From Candidatus Delongbacteria bacterium (lineage in GTDB: Bacteria > UBA4055), in NCBI GenBank assembly GCA_003252515.1, contig QKDR01000125.1, positions 30,272 to 94,271 of the forward strand: a stretch of 64,000 bases of DNA, read 5' to 3'. The translations under genes and the position numbers were made by a program. This document shows positions 9,618 through 18,251 of the stretch, in pieces. The notes below the pieces were generated by a model that made no database searches, had not been told where the DNA came from, and worked only from the letters and a program-made list of their open reading frames with translations. The stretch's first letter is position 1, and each line of letters begins with the position of its first letter.

Positions 9618-11165
9618 ATGAAAAAAATGATAATGTTCATCATGGCGGCGGCTATAAGCATGCTGTCAGCGGCGGATATCTCTGTTTACGACGACGGTTC
9701 GGGAACCGGAACGACGACATGGACGAGCGATAATGTCTATTATCTCGAGAACCACGTTTTCGTGAACCCCGGCGACACCCTGACCATCGAGCCGGGAACA
9801 GTGATCAAGGGAAGATACGGAGTATCGACCGAGTCGACGGCTCTTATAGTATGCAGAGGCGCATACGGTATTTTTGAAGGAACGCAGTACGAACCGATCA
9901 TCTTTACATCAGAGTACGATGATTTCAGCGCGTCTCTCGAATCAAGAGGACTCTGGGGCGGCGTTATAGTTCTCGGCAGCGCGGGACTTAACTCGACTGA
10001 AACCGAATCACAGATCGAAGGTATCCCCGAAACAGAACCGAGAGGTATGTACGGCGGCGGATCAGATTCTGACGATACTGACGATTCAGGTATTTACAGA
10101 TACCTCTCCATCCGTTACGGCGGAGTAGAGATCGGCGCCGCGAACGAGATCAACGGCTTCACTATGGGAGCTCTCGGTTCAGGAACTACTGTTGACCACA
10201 TTGAAGTCGCATACAACCTTGACGACGGTTTCGAGTGGTTCGGCGGGACTGTCAACTGTTCATATCTAATAGCCGCTTTCTGCGGTGACGACTGCTTCGA
10301 CTACGACGTGGGCTACAGAGGCAAAGGCCAGTTCTGGTTCGCTCTTCAGGATGCTTCCAACGGCGACAAGTGCGGCGAGCACGACGGCGGAACCGATCCG
10401 GAAGACGGAACCCCTTACGCCATACCTTCCATCTACAACGTAACCTACATAGGATGTGGAACAGGAAGCGCCAATTCCAGCAACTCCGTATTCAACATCA
10501 GGGACAACGCCGGCGGACACTACAAGAACGGTATCTTCGCCGACTTCCCGCTTACAGGGATCGCTATTGAAGACCTCGCCAGCGGCGCTGACAGCAGACA
10601 GATGCTTGAGAACGGCGACCTTACTTTCACGAACTGTATGTGGTACGGCTTCGGCGGAGGCAACAACTACACTAACATTTGCGCAAGCAAAACTTACGAA
10701 TACGTTCTTTTCACCGAGACCGCAAGAAAGAACCTTATAGTTGATCCTCAGCTCGAGGGAATAAGCAGGACTTACGACGGCGGGCTTGATCCGAGGGCAA
10801 TGTCCTCGACCGCGACGACAGAATACTACAATGTAACTCCCGACGGCTTCTTCGTAACTGCGAACTACATCGGAGCTTTCAATCCTTCAGCAGCTCTCTG
10901 GACCGACGGATGGACTTATCTTGACCAGTTCGGTTATACAGCTGATGTACAGGTAGTAGAAGCTCCGTCTAATGTCGTGACATCAATGTCCGACGATAAT
11001 ATAGTATTGTCATGGGATGTTGTTCCCGGTGCGGTTTCCTACAGCGTCTACTCTGCCGACGAACCTTACGGAACTTACACTCTCGTTACTACGGTAACTG
11101 GAACATCCTATACGGAATGGGCTTTAAACACTAAAAAATTCTATTATGTAAAAGCCAATAACTGA
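9618..11165 (+). CDS. Secreted/surface protein with a predicted right-handed beta-helix fold and the shared C-terminal FN3-like domain.
   Basis: There is an RBS (AGGAGG) and a signal peptide. The N-terminal motif is WTSDNVYYLENHVFVNPGDTLTIEPGTVIKG. The terminal ~67 aa match the SW..V.GA.SY.VYS..DPYG...KKFYYV pattern. Confidence 0.6.
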   Translation: MKKMIMFIMAAAISMLSAADISVYDDGSGTGTTTWTSDNVYYLENHVFVNPGDTLTIEPGTVIKGRYGVSTESTALIVCRGAYGIFEGTQYEPIIFTSEYDDFSASLESRGLWGGVIVLGSAGLNSTETESQIEGIPETEPRGMYGGGSDSDDTDDSGIYRYLSIRYGGVEIGAANEINGFTMGALGSGTTVDHIEVAYNLDDGFEWFGGTVNCSYLIAAFCGDDCFDYDVGYRGKGQFWFALQDASNGDKCGEHDGGTDPEDGTPYAIPSIYNVTYIGCGTGSANSSNSVFNIRDNAGGHYKNGIFADFPLTGIAIEDLASGADSRQMLENGDLTFTNCMWYGFGGGNNYTNICASKTYEYVLFTETARKNLIVDPQLEGISRTYDGGLDPRAMSSTATTEYYNVTPDGFFVTANYIGAFNPSAALWTDGWTYLDQFGYTADVQVVEAPSNVVTSMSDDNIVLSWDVVPGAVSYSVYSADEPYGTYTLVTTVTGTSYTEWALNTKKFYYVKANN

Positions 11166-11289
11166 TCTTTAACTAAATCTCGGAGGATTATGACAAAATG
11201 AAAACCGTAATCTAGACCGGAGAAAGTTAAAAAAACAAAAAAAGGAGAATGCCAAACTCATGATTTGTTTCCGGACTTTCCAAAGGTCG

Positions 11290-11320
11290 TCGGGGCTTGA
11301 AAAAAGCCCCTTTTTTATTT
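11290..11320 (+). terminator. Rho-independent terminator.
   Basis: A GGGGCTTGAAAAAAGCCCC hairpin followed by a T-run. Confidence 0.55.
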
Positions 11321-11447
11321 TATGGAGGTTTCGTTTCGGAAATGAACCGTAAACATTCCTTAAAAATTTTCTTGATTTTTTCCAATAATTGAGTTAATAT
11401 CAAAATCCTGATTGATATAGCTGAATAATTAAAATACCGGAGGAAAA

Positions 11448-11669
11448 ATGTCCATAAAAGGATTTATCGAGGTTGACGTCCAGAAATGCAAGGGCTGTCA
11501 ATTGTGCGCTACGGTCTGTCCGAAAAGCGTGATCGGTTACAGCAAGGTGACCAACGACAAGGGGTATTATTACGCAATAATGCTCAATGAAGACTGCATA
11601 GGATGCGGGAACTGCGCTCAGATCTGTCCCGACAGTGTTATCACTGTCTACAGAGCCAAGAAACAATAA
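11448..11669 (+). CDS. 2-oxoacid:ferredoxin oxidoreductase delta subunit (2x[4Fe-4S] ferredoxin).
   Basis: Two CxxCxxCxxxCP motifs (CKGCQLCATVCP; CIGCGNCAQICP). It is the first gene of a four-gene cluster. Confidence 0.8.
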   Translation: MSIKGFIEVDVQKCKGCQLCATVCPKSVIGYSKVTNDKGYYYAIMLNEDCIGCGNCAQICPDSVITVYRAKKQ

Positions 11670-11693
11670 TTTATTAAAATACGGAGGTCAAAA

Positions 11694-12758
11694 TTGGCTG
11701 AAAAATATTTGATGAAAGGGAACGAGGCTCTAGCCGAAGCAGCCATCAGAGCCGGGATAGACGGATATTTCGGTTACCCGATCACTCCTCAGAGCGAAGT
11801 TCTCGAGTACTTCTCGAAATGGCTGCCGAGAAAAGGCATTGCATACGTACAGGCTGAAAGCGAAGTTTCCGCCATAAACATGGTTTACGGTGCCGGAGCC
11901 TGCGGTAAAAGGATCATGACGACCACTTCCTCACCGGGATTCTCGCTGATGCAGGAAGGTGTATCGTATATAGCATGCGCACAGATCCCCTGCGTTCTGG
12001 TGAACGTTCAGAGAGGAGGCCCGGGACTGGGAACGATCCAGCCTTCACAAGGCGACTATTTCCAGGCTACAAAAGGCGGCGGACACGGCGATTACAGACT
12101 TATCGTGCTGACACCTAACTCGGTTCAGGAGCAGGCGGACATGGTCTATAAAGCGTTCGATCTGTCGGAAAAATATCTCAATCCGGTTCTTATCCTGTCA
12201 GACGGAGCTCTTGGTCAGATGATGGAAGCCGTTGAGTTCAAAGAAGATTATAAAAGGCCGTCGTTCGACACGAAATGGGCTACAAACGGCAAGATAAAGG
12301 AAAGGGACGGAAAGCTTATTCAGATGACTTCTCTGTTCATCCAGCCGGAAGCGATGGAAGCGAGGAACAATGAACTTCAGGCTAAATATAAAGTGATCGA
12401 AGAGAACGAAGTGGATTATGAACTTTATCAGATGGATGATGCTGAGATAGGATATATAGCTTACGGACTCTCGTCAAGGATCGTTAAGAAAGCGGTAGAC
12501 ATAGCCAGAGAGCAGGGGCTCAAAGTCGGTCTGATCAGGCCTAAGACGGTATGGCCGTTCCCCAAAGACATCATAAAAGAGTATTCGAAAAAAGTGAAAG
12601 CGTATCTGTCAATCGAAATGAGCGTTGGACAGATGATCGAGGACGTCAAGCTTGCGGTCGAGTGCAAGATACCTGTAGAGCATTACGGCAAGACCGGCGG
12701 TATCGTTCTCTCAACTGACGAAATACTTGAAAAAACTAAAAAAATGCTGGGCAAATAA
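11694..12758 (+). CDS. 2-oxoacid:ferredoxin oxidoreductase alpha subunit (KorA/PorA/VorA family).
   Basis: Recognised from the N-terminal GNEA...GYPITPQSEVLE pattern, its size and its operon position. Confidence 0.85.
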   Translation: MAEKYLMKGNEALAEAAIRAGIDGYFGYPITPQSEVLEYFSKWLPRKGIAYVQAESEVSAINMVYGAGACGKRIMTTTSSPGFSLMQEGVSYIACAQIPCVLVNVQRGGPGLGTIQPSQGDYFQATKGGGHGDYRLIVLTPNSVQEQADMVYKAFDLSEKYLNPVLILSDGALGQMMEAVEFKEDYKRPSFDTKWATNGKIKERDGKLIQMTSLFIQPEAMEARNNELQAKYKVIEENEVDYELYQMDDAEIGYIAYGLSSRIVKKAVDIAREQGLKVGLIRPKTVWPFPKDIIKEYSKKVKAYLSIEMSVGQMIEDVKLAVECKIPVEHYGKTGGIVLSTDEILEKTKKMLGK

Positions 12759-12789
12759 TTGTCAAAACTTAAAACAGGAGCTTAATATA

Positions 12790-13566
12790 ATGAGTGAAAC
12801 AATTACAAAAGACGGTCAGGAATTTGAAGTTGTGTGGAAAAAGCCCAATCTTCAGAAGAAAGACATGCACTACTGCCCGGGATGCGCTCACGGAACTCTT
12901 GAGAAGCTGATCCAGGAGGTCATCGACGAAAAGGGCATACAGGAACAGATTATAGGCGTAGCTCCGGTCGGATGCGCGGTGTTCGCCTATGACTATATAA
13001 ACTGCGATATGCAGGAAGCGGCTCACGGAAGGGCCTGCGCTCTGGCGACGGGTATATCAAGAGTGCTTCCCGACCATGCGGTATTCACGATTCAGGGCGA
13101 CGGCGATTTAGCCTCGATCGGACTGGCGGAGACATTGCACGCCTGCAACAGGGGCGAGAACATAGTGATATTCTTCTACAACAACGCGATATACGGTATG
13201 ACAGGCGGACAGATGGCTCCGACGACTCTTCCCGGGCAGGTGACGGCTTCGTCTCCGGACGGAAGGGATGTTAAAACGAGCGGTATGCCTCTGAAAGTCG
13301 CTGATATCGTTAAAGAGTTCGACGGAACATGTTTCGTTACGAGACAGGCCGCGAACAACGCCGTCAATGTCAGAAAACTTAAAAAAGCGATCGAGAAAGC
13401 GATAGACAACTCACTTAACAAGAGAGGGACTTCTTTCGTCGAGCTGGTCGGCAACTGCCCGTCAGGATGGAAAATGACCCCTGTCGACTCCTACAAATGG
13501 TGGGAAGAGAACATGATGAAATTCTATCCTCTCGGAGATCTTAAAACAGAAGGAGGGATAAAATAA
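12790..13566 (+). CDS. 2-oxoacid:ferredoxin oxidoreductase beta subunit (TPP-binding). I chose the start at ATG 12790; the six-frame ORF begins at 12727.
   Basis: Motifs YCPGCAHG and GDGD...NNAIYGMTGGQ. The RBS AGGAG precedes 12790, and 12727-12789 would overlap the alpha gene. Confidence 0.85.
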   Translation: MSETITKDGQEFEVVWKKPNLQKKDMHYCPGCAHGTLEKLIQEVIDEKGIQEQIIGVAPVGCAVFAYDYINCDMQEAAHGRACALATGISRVLPDHAVFTIQGDGDLASIGLAETLHACNRGENIVIFFYNNAIYGMTGGQMAPTTLPGQVTASSPDGRDVKTSGMPLKVADIVKEFDGTCFVTRQAANNAVNVRKLKKAIEKAIDNSLNKRGTSFVELVGNCPSGWKMTPVDSYKWWEENMMKFYPLGDLKTEGGIK

Positions 13567-14117
13567 TGCTGCAGGAAGTAATGTTTTCAGGATTCGGCGG
13601 ACAGGGCGTTCTTACGATAGCAAAAAATCTTTCCTATACCGCCATGATAGAAGGAAAAGAGACATGCTGGATGCCGACTTACGGGCCGGAAATGAGGGGC
13701 GGGACCTGCGGATGTACCGTTTCCGTCAGTGACAAGCCCGTAAGCTCTCCGATACTTGAGAGGTACAGTACGGTAGTAGCTCTCAACCAGCCGTCTTTAG
13801 ACAAATATGAATCTAAGGTAAAACCGGGCGGTCTTCTGATATGGGAATCGACAAATATCCATAACGCTCCAAAAAGGACCGATATCAAGATAGTCCCGAT
13901 ACCGGCATATGAAGAAGCCAACAAGCTCGGAAACCCTCTTATGATGGGTATGATCCTTCTGGGAGCCTTCATTCAGAAAACAGACGCCATAAGCATCGAA
14001 GGCGTTCTCAACGCTCTGAAGAAGACACTGCCGGAAAGAAGGCACAATCTGATACCATTGAACAAAGAAGCGTTGCAGAAAGGGTTCGAACTCGCGGAAG
14101 CGATCAAGTGCTGCTAG
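13566..14117 (+). CDS. 2-oxoacid:ferredoxin oxidoreductase gamma subunit.
   Basis: Motif FSGFGGQGVLTIAKNLSYTAM...GPEMRGG typical of POR/KOR gamma. Its ATG overlaps the beta gene stop (ATAATG). Confidence 0.85.
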   Translation: MLQEVMFSGFGGQGVLTIAKNLSYTAMIEGKETCWMPTYGPEMRGGTCGCTVSVSDKPVSSPILERYSTVVALNQPSLDKYESKVKPGGLLIWESTNIHNAPKRTDIKIVPIPAYEEANKLGNPLMMGMILLGAFIQKTDAISIEGVLNALKKTLPERRHNLIPLNKEALQKGFELAEAIKCC

Positions 14118-14133
14118 AAAAATATTCTAATTA

Positions 14134-14162
14134 AAAGGGGCTTCAAAAGCCCCTTTTTTTAT
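14134..14162 (+). terminator. Rho-independent terminator after the oxidoreductase operon.
   Basis: A GGGGCTTCAAAAGCCCC hairpin followed by T7. Confidence 0.6.
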
Positions 14163-14175
14163 AGAGGAGAACATC

Positions 14176-14517
14176 ATGTATTATTTTATCAAAATAGCGG
14201 TATCAGCAGGGCTGATAGTTCTTGTATCGGAGATATCAAAAAGAAGTCAGATCATGGGTGGTATCCTTGCCTCGGTACCTCTCGTGTCTTTCATTGCGAT
14301 CATATGGATATTTCTGGAAACAAAAGATATTCAGAACGTTCAGACACTCTCAAAAAATATTTTCTGGCTCGTTCTGCCCTCTCTGTCTTTTTTTCTTATC
14401 TTTCCGATCATGCTGAAACACGAAATTAACTTCTGGTTGTCATTCGTACTTTCAGCCGCTGTTATGGTAGGACTTTATTATCTTATGACGATCTTTCTGA
14501 AGAAATTCGGGTTATAA
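14176..14517 (+). CDS. Small integral membrane protein (about four transmembrane segments), function unknown.
   Basis: An RBS GGAG is present. Hydrophobic segments run throughout. Confidence 0.5.
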   Translation: MYYFIKIAVSAGLIVLVSEISKRSQIMGGILASVPLVSFIAIIWIFLETKDIQNVQTLSKNIFWLVLPSLSFFLIFPIMLKHEINFWLSFVLSAAVMVGLYYLMTIFLKKFGL

Positions 14518-14521
14518 ATTT

Positions 14522-15103
14522 TTAATTATAAGTAGCCGAGAACATCAGTCCGATGAAAACATTTCCCAGATCGTAAGTTACGTCATCTTCTTTACTCTCC
14601 ATCTTGCTGAACTGTGTCAAGAGCGCCAGTCCCAGTCCCCACTTCCCCGAAACATACCATTCTTTACCCAGTGAAAGCTCCATTCCGATCCCGGGATCAG
14701 AATCCAGTTCAAGATCACCCATTTTTAATTTCGAAGTGGCGATATCGATCGAACCTGTGAGATAAAAGTTGACGGGAAGATAATAAGTTACTCCTGCACC
14801 GAAAGCGTTGACAGTATACTGAGTGTTGTCGGTAGCAATATTGACCGATCCGGCAAGAGTCAGCGTCGGATTGGTTATTGAGTTGGATGAAAATTTACCG
14901 AAAACGATGAAATTCTCGACAGGAGCATATCCTAAGTGAAGCGAGAATGCTCCCGATCCTCCCGATGCTTCGACCAGGTCCTCGAAATTGGCGTATCCTA
15001 TGCCTATACCTGGCTGCATCCTGAGGTAGAATCCGGCGTGGGAATGTTCCGATGCTAATAATGAAACAAATGCTGTCAGGACGATTAAAAAAGCTCTTTT
15101 CAT
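14522..15103 (-). CDS. Outer-membrane beta-barrel protein (OmpW/porin-like fold prediction). I chose the start at MKRAFLIV.
   Basis: Signal peptide MKRAFLIVLTAFVSLLASEHSHA, with an RBS before the ATG at 15103. It has an alternating beta-strand pattern and a C-terminal aromatic residue. Confidence 0.6.
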   Translation of the reverse strand: MKRAFLIVLTAFVSLLASEHSHAGFYLRMQPGIGIGYANFEDLVEASGGSGAFSLHLGYAPVENFIVFGKFSSNSITNPTLTLAGSVNIATDNTQYTVNAFGAGVTYYLPVNFYLTGSIDIATSKLKMGDLELDSDPGIGMELSLGKEWYVSGKWGLGLALLTQFSKMESKEDDVTYDLGNVFIGLMFSATYN

Positions 15104-15291
15104 AAAATACTCCGTAAATAACTTTTTATTCAAATTAAAGAAATAATTTGTATATGACAAGTGAAATTATTTTTGATTTTATTGTTATTCGGAAAGAAAT
15201 TGTCGGTTTAATATTCCGAAAAAAAATAAATATTTGATTTCATTATTATTGCAGATTGTTTATTATTTACACAAATCAAACGGAGTGCCGA

Positions 15292-17598
15292 ATGAAAATA
15301 TCTATATCGTTTTTTCTGCTGACAGTGTCACTTGCATTTTGCGGTGAACTGAATTTTAAATATAATTTCAGCGAGCCTGTCGTGAATGACGGGAAAGTAT
15401 ATATGGCCGGATGTGACAGATCAAATGTCGCTTTCGCTCCCGCAGTTGTGTTAAAACAGGTGAGGTTACTGCTTCCTGACGGGGAAAAAGCTGTTTCATA
15501 CAAAGTAGACTATACAGAGCCTTCATATCTTGAGGGAGAGTATGATCTGATCCCTGTAGAAGCTTCCGGAAGATTATCGGTTGACCCGCCTGCAGATATA
15601 AAAGGAAAGCGGTCTGAAGTTTATTCTAAAGATGAATTTTTTCCGTTAAAGTTAAACTCCGAAAGATTTTTTACTCAATACAAGAACGGACATCCGGTAT
15701 TCATGACGGTCCTTGATCCGGTTCAGTACAATCCTGTAACAAAAAGTCTGAGGTATTACAAAAATATTACCGTAACAGTTTCGACTTCACCGGATAATAA
15801 ATTGTCAGCTCCGGTGAAATACGATACGGAAACTGAAAGCGTAATAAGGAAATTGGTTGACAATCATTCAGATGTCAATTTTCAATCCGGTTTAAGTAAA
15901 GCGAAAAACGGATATGATTATCTGATAATAACTCCGTCAGTTTTTGCCGGTTCATTCGGCAGTTTTACCGCTTTCAATTACAGAAGGGGCCTGATCTCCT
16001 CAGTGAAAACCGTCGAGGACATTCAGACCGAGATGACGGGCAATGATACTCAGGAAAAGATCAGGAATTTTATTATACAGGAATATACGAACTACGGAAT
16101 CAGATACGTCCTTTTGGCTGGAGATACCGATTATATTCCGCACCGCGGATTCAGGGCGGAGATCATGGATTACGGAACTGATTATTACGACGAGACCGAT
16201 ATTCCGGCAGATATGTATTACGGCTGTCTGGACGGTACATGGCAGCTTCCGGCAAGCAGTTATTTCGGAGAACCCGGCAGTGAGGATCTTCTGTGGGAGG
16301 TCTATGTCTCCAGGTTCCCGGCGGGAAGTACGACCGAACTGGCGAATATGATCAATAAAACTATACAGTATTCGGAAGAACCCGTAATCGGGAAAGTCGC
16401 TAAGAATCTTCTTGTAGGCGAGCTGTTATGGGAAGAAGGCGGCGGAGAAGGATGGGTGGATTCCTACGGCGGTGACTGCATGGATGAAATGGTCGGTTAC
16501 TGTGATCATAACAGCTATGAAACGACGGGTTTCGGAACGAACTGGATGAACTCGGAACTTTACGACAGGGATCTGGGCTACTGGTATAAAACCGATCTTT
16601 TAAATATGATCAAGAACGAGGACGTGACATGGATCGATCATCTCGGACATTCGAACAACACCTATAATATGAGGATGACGAACAGCGATATAAAGAACAG
16701 CAATTTTGATAATGACGGCACAGGGGCCAATCCTTTTATAATCTATTCTCAGGGATGTTATTCCGGAGCTTTCGACAACAGGGACCCTTACGGATCTTAT
16801 ATCTCCTACGATTGTATCGGTGAGGCATTCGTTGTGTTCGCCAGAGCGGCTGTCGCATACATCGGGAACTCAAGGTACGGCCTGGGTTCACCATACGATA
16901 CTGACGGTTCCGGTCAGAGATTCCACAGGTATTTCCATAATGCGACCTTTGATCAGAATATAACTAAAATTGAAGAGATGAACGCCTATTCAAAGGAAAT
17001 CAACGCGCCTTTGATTCTGGAAGAGAATATTAACCTTGGGCCGTATTTCGGACAGTGTAAGTGGATAGCGTACTGCGTGAACGTGCTTGGAGATCCCGCA
17101 TTGGATATCTGGACCGCAGAACCTCAGACCATGAACGTATCGGTTCCGGCGAATGTAGGAATTAACTCTGTTTCGGGGGTGACTGTAGATACGGATGTTC
17201 CGGAAGCTGTTATTGCGGTATTCTTTGAAGGATCGTTCCTTTATGCGTTGACGACCGATGAGAACGGTGATGCAGTCCATCCGGTTCCTCAAAGTCTCGG
17301 TACGATCGAATATTATATTACCGGGCATAATTATCTGCAGGCATACGCATCAACTGATGTAGTCGCTTCCCCTAACGCTCCGTCGAACGTGATATCGAGT
17401 GTAGTGTCAGACGTGCTCACAATAAGCTGGGACACTGTTGTCGGAGCTTATTCATACATTATCTACAGTTCGAACGATCCTTACGGAGCCTTCGAATATG
17501 AAGCGACAGTAACGACTACTTCATGGTCTGCGCCGGTCGATATCGACACGAAAAAATTCTATTATATCGTAACAGATTCTACCAGCAAGGTAAAATGA
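15292..17598 (+). CDS. Peptidase C25 (gingipain-like, clan CD) family protein with the shared C-terminal FN3-like domain.
   Basis: ATG 15292 with RBS GGAG; the six-frame ORF begins at a TTG at 15256. Motifs are YVLLAGDTDYIPHRGF, DIPADMYYGCLDG, the His region HLGHSNNT and the Cys region IIYSQGCYSGAF. The terminal 75 aa match the shared domain. Confidence 0.7.
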   Translation: MKISISFFLLTVSLAFCGELNFKYNFSEPVVNDGKVYMAGCDRSNVAFAPAVVLKQVRLLLPDGEKAVSYKVDYTEPSYLEGEYDLIPVEASGRLSVDPPADIKGKRSEVYSKDEFFPLKLNSERFFTQYKNGHPVFMTVLDPVQYNPVTKSLRYYKNITVTVSTSPDNKLSAPVKYDTETESVIRKLVDNHSDVNFQSGLSKAKNGYDYLIITPSVFAGSFGSFTAFNYRRGLISSVKTVEDIQTEMTGNDTQEKIRNFIIQEYTNYGIRYVLLAGDTDYIPHRGFRAEIMDYGTDYYDETDIPADMYYGCLDGTWQLPASSYFGEPGSEDLLWEVYVSRFPAGSTTELANMINKTIQYSEEPVIGKVAKNLLVGELLWEEGGGEGWVDSYGGDCMDEMVGYCDHNSYETTGFGTNWMNSELYDRDLGYWYKTDLLNMIKNEDVTWIDHLGHSNNTYNMRMTNSDIKNSNFDNDGTGANPFIIYSQGCYSGAFDNRDPYGSYISYDCIGEAFVVFARAAVAYIGNSRYGLGSPYDTDGSGQRFHRYFHNATFDQNITKIEEMNAYSKEINAPLILEENINLGPYFGQCKWIAYCVNVLGDPALDIWTAEPQTMNVSVPANVGINSVSGVTVDTDVPEAVIAVFFEGSFLYALTTDENGDAVHPVPQSLGTIEYYITGHNYLQAYASTDVVASPNAPSNVISSVVSDVLTISWDTVVGAYSYIIYSSNDPYGAFEYEATVTTTSWSAPVDIDTKKFYYIVTDSTSKVK

Positions 17599-17795
17599 AT
17601 TCGAAGGCTTTCCCTGCACTTTCGAAGACGGGTATTCGATGATGAAGAAGTATTGGTAAATTCGCAAATACTACTAAACTACTATTTTTCGAAAAATTAG
17701 TAATTGGCTACGGATCGACTAAAATAAGATTTTAATTCATGATTGACATATAATATACTTTTACTTACTTTTCAGTAAATGTTATCATTCAAAAG

Positions 17796-18245
17796 ATGAG
17801 GTTAGACAATATGATCGGCAAAAAGGAATTCAGGTACATCATATCAGTAATATCGGCAGTGATCTTAATAAGCTGCAGTTCCGGTTTCAGGCCGGCGGAC
17901 AGCGACATGAGAGACGTTAACTGCGGGAAGGTCTATACGCAGGAACAGGCTCAGGAGATGGTACTTGAGAACCTGAAGTGGATGTTCAAGAATTACGAGT
18001 CGGCCAAGATCGAATTCTCGGAGCTGAAAAAAGCATACATCTATTACGAACTGGGCGACAGGAACATTTTCGGATACTCGATAAAAGCGATCGTTAACTC
18101 AAAGAACAGCGAGGGCGTTTACGGAGGCGACAGAAATCACCTTTTCTTCATCAGGGACGATAAAGTTTATTATAATTACACGAATCCCAACGCCAAATTA
18201 AGAAAAGCGTACTGGGTCGAAGTCAGACCCGATATTTCCAATTAG
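17796..18245 (+). CDS. Hypothetical lipoprotein.
   Basis: A lipobox-like motif (VILISCSSG) follows a signal peptide. Confidence 0.5.
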   Translation: MRLDNMIGKKEFRYIISVISAVILISCSSGFRPADSDMRDVNCGKVYTQEQAQEMVLENLKWMFKNYESAKIEFSELKKAYIYYELGDRNIFGYSIKAIVNSKNSEGVYGGDRNHLFFIRDDKVYYNYTNPNAKLRKAYWVEVRPDISN

Positions 18246-18251
18246 GATTTT

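Noticed and set aside
12727-12789. Upstream extension of the oxidoreductase beta-subunit ORF (MKKLKKCWANNCQNLKQELNI)
   Set aside because: It overlaps the 3' end of the alpha-subunit gene and has no RBS. An ATG with an AGGAG RBS at 12790 gives a conventional N-terminus.
17740-17760. TTGACA immediately followed by TATAAT upstream of the lipoprotein gene
   Set aside because: The two hexamers are adjacent (spacing ~0, not 16-18), so they do not form a canonical sigma-70 promoter. The promoter consensus of this lineage may also differ.
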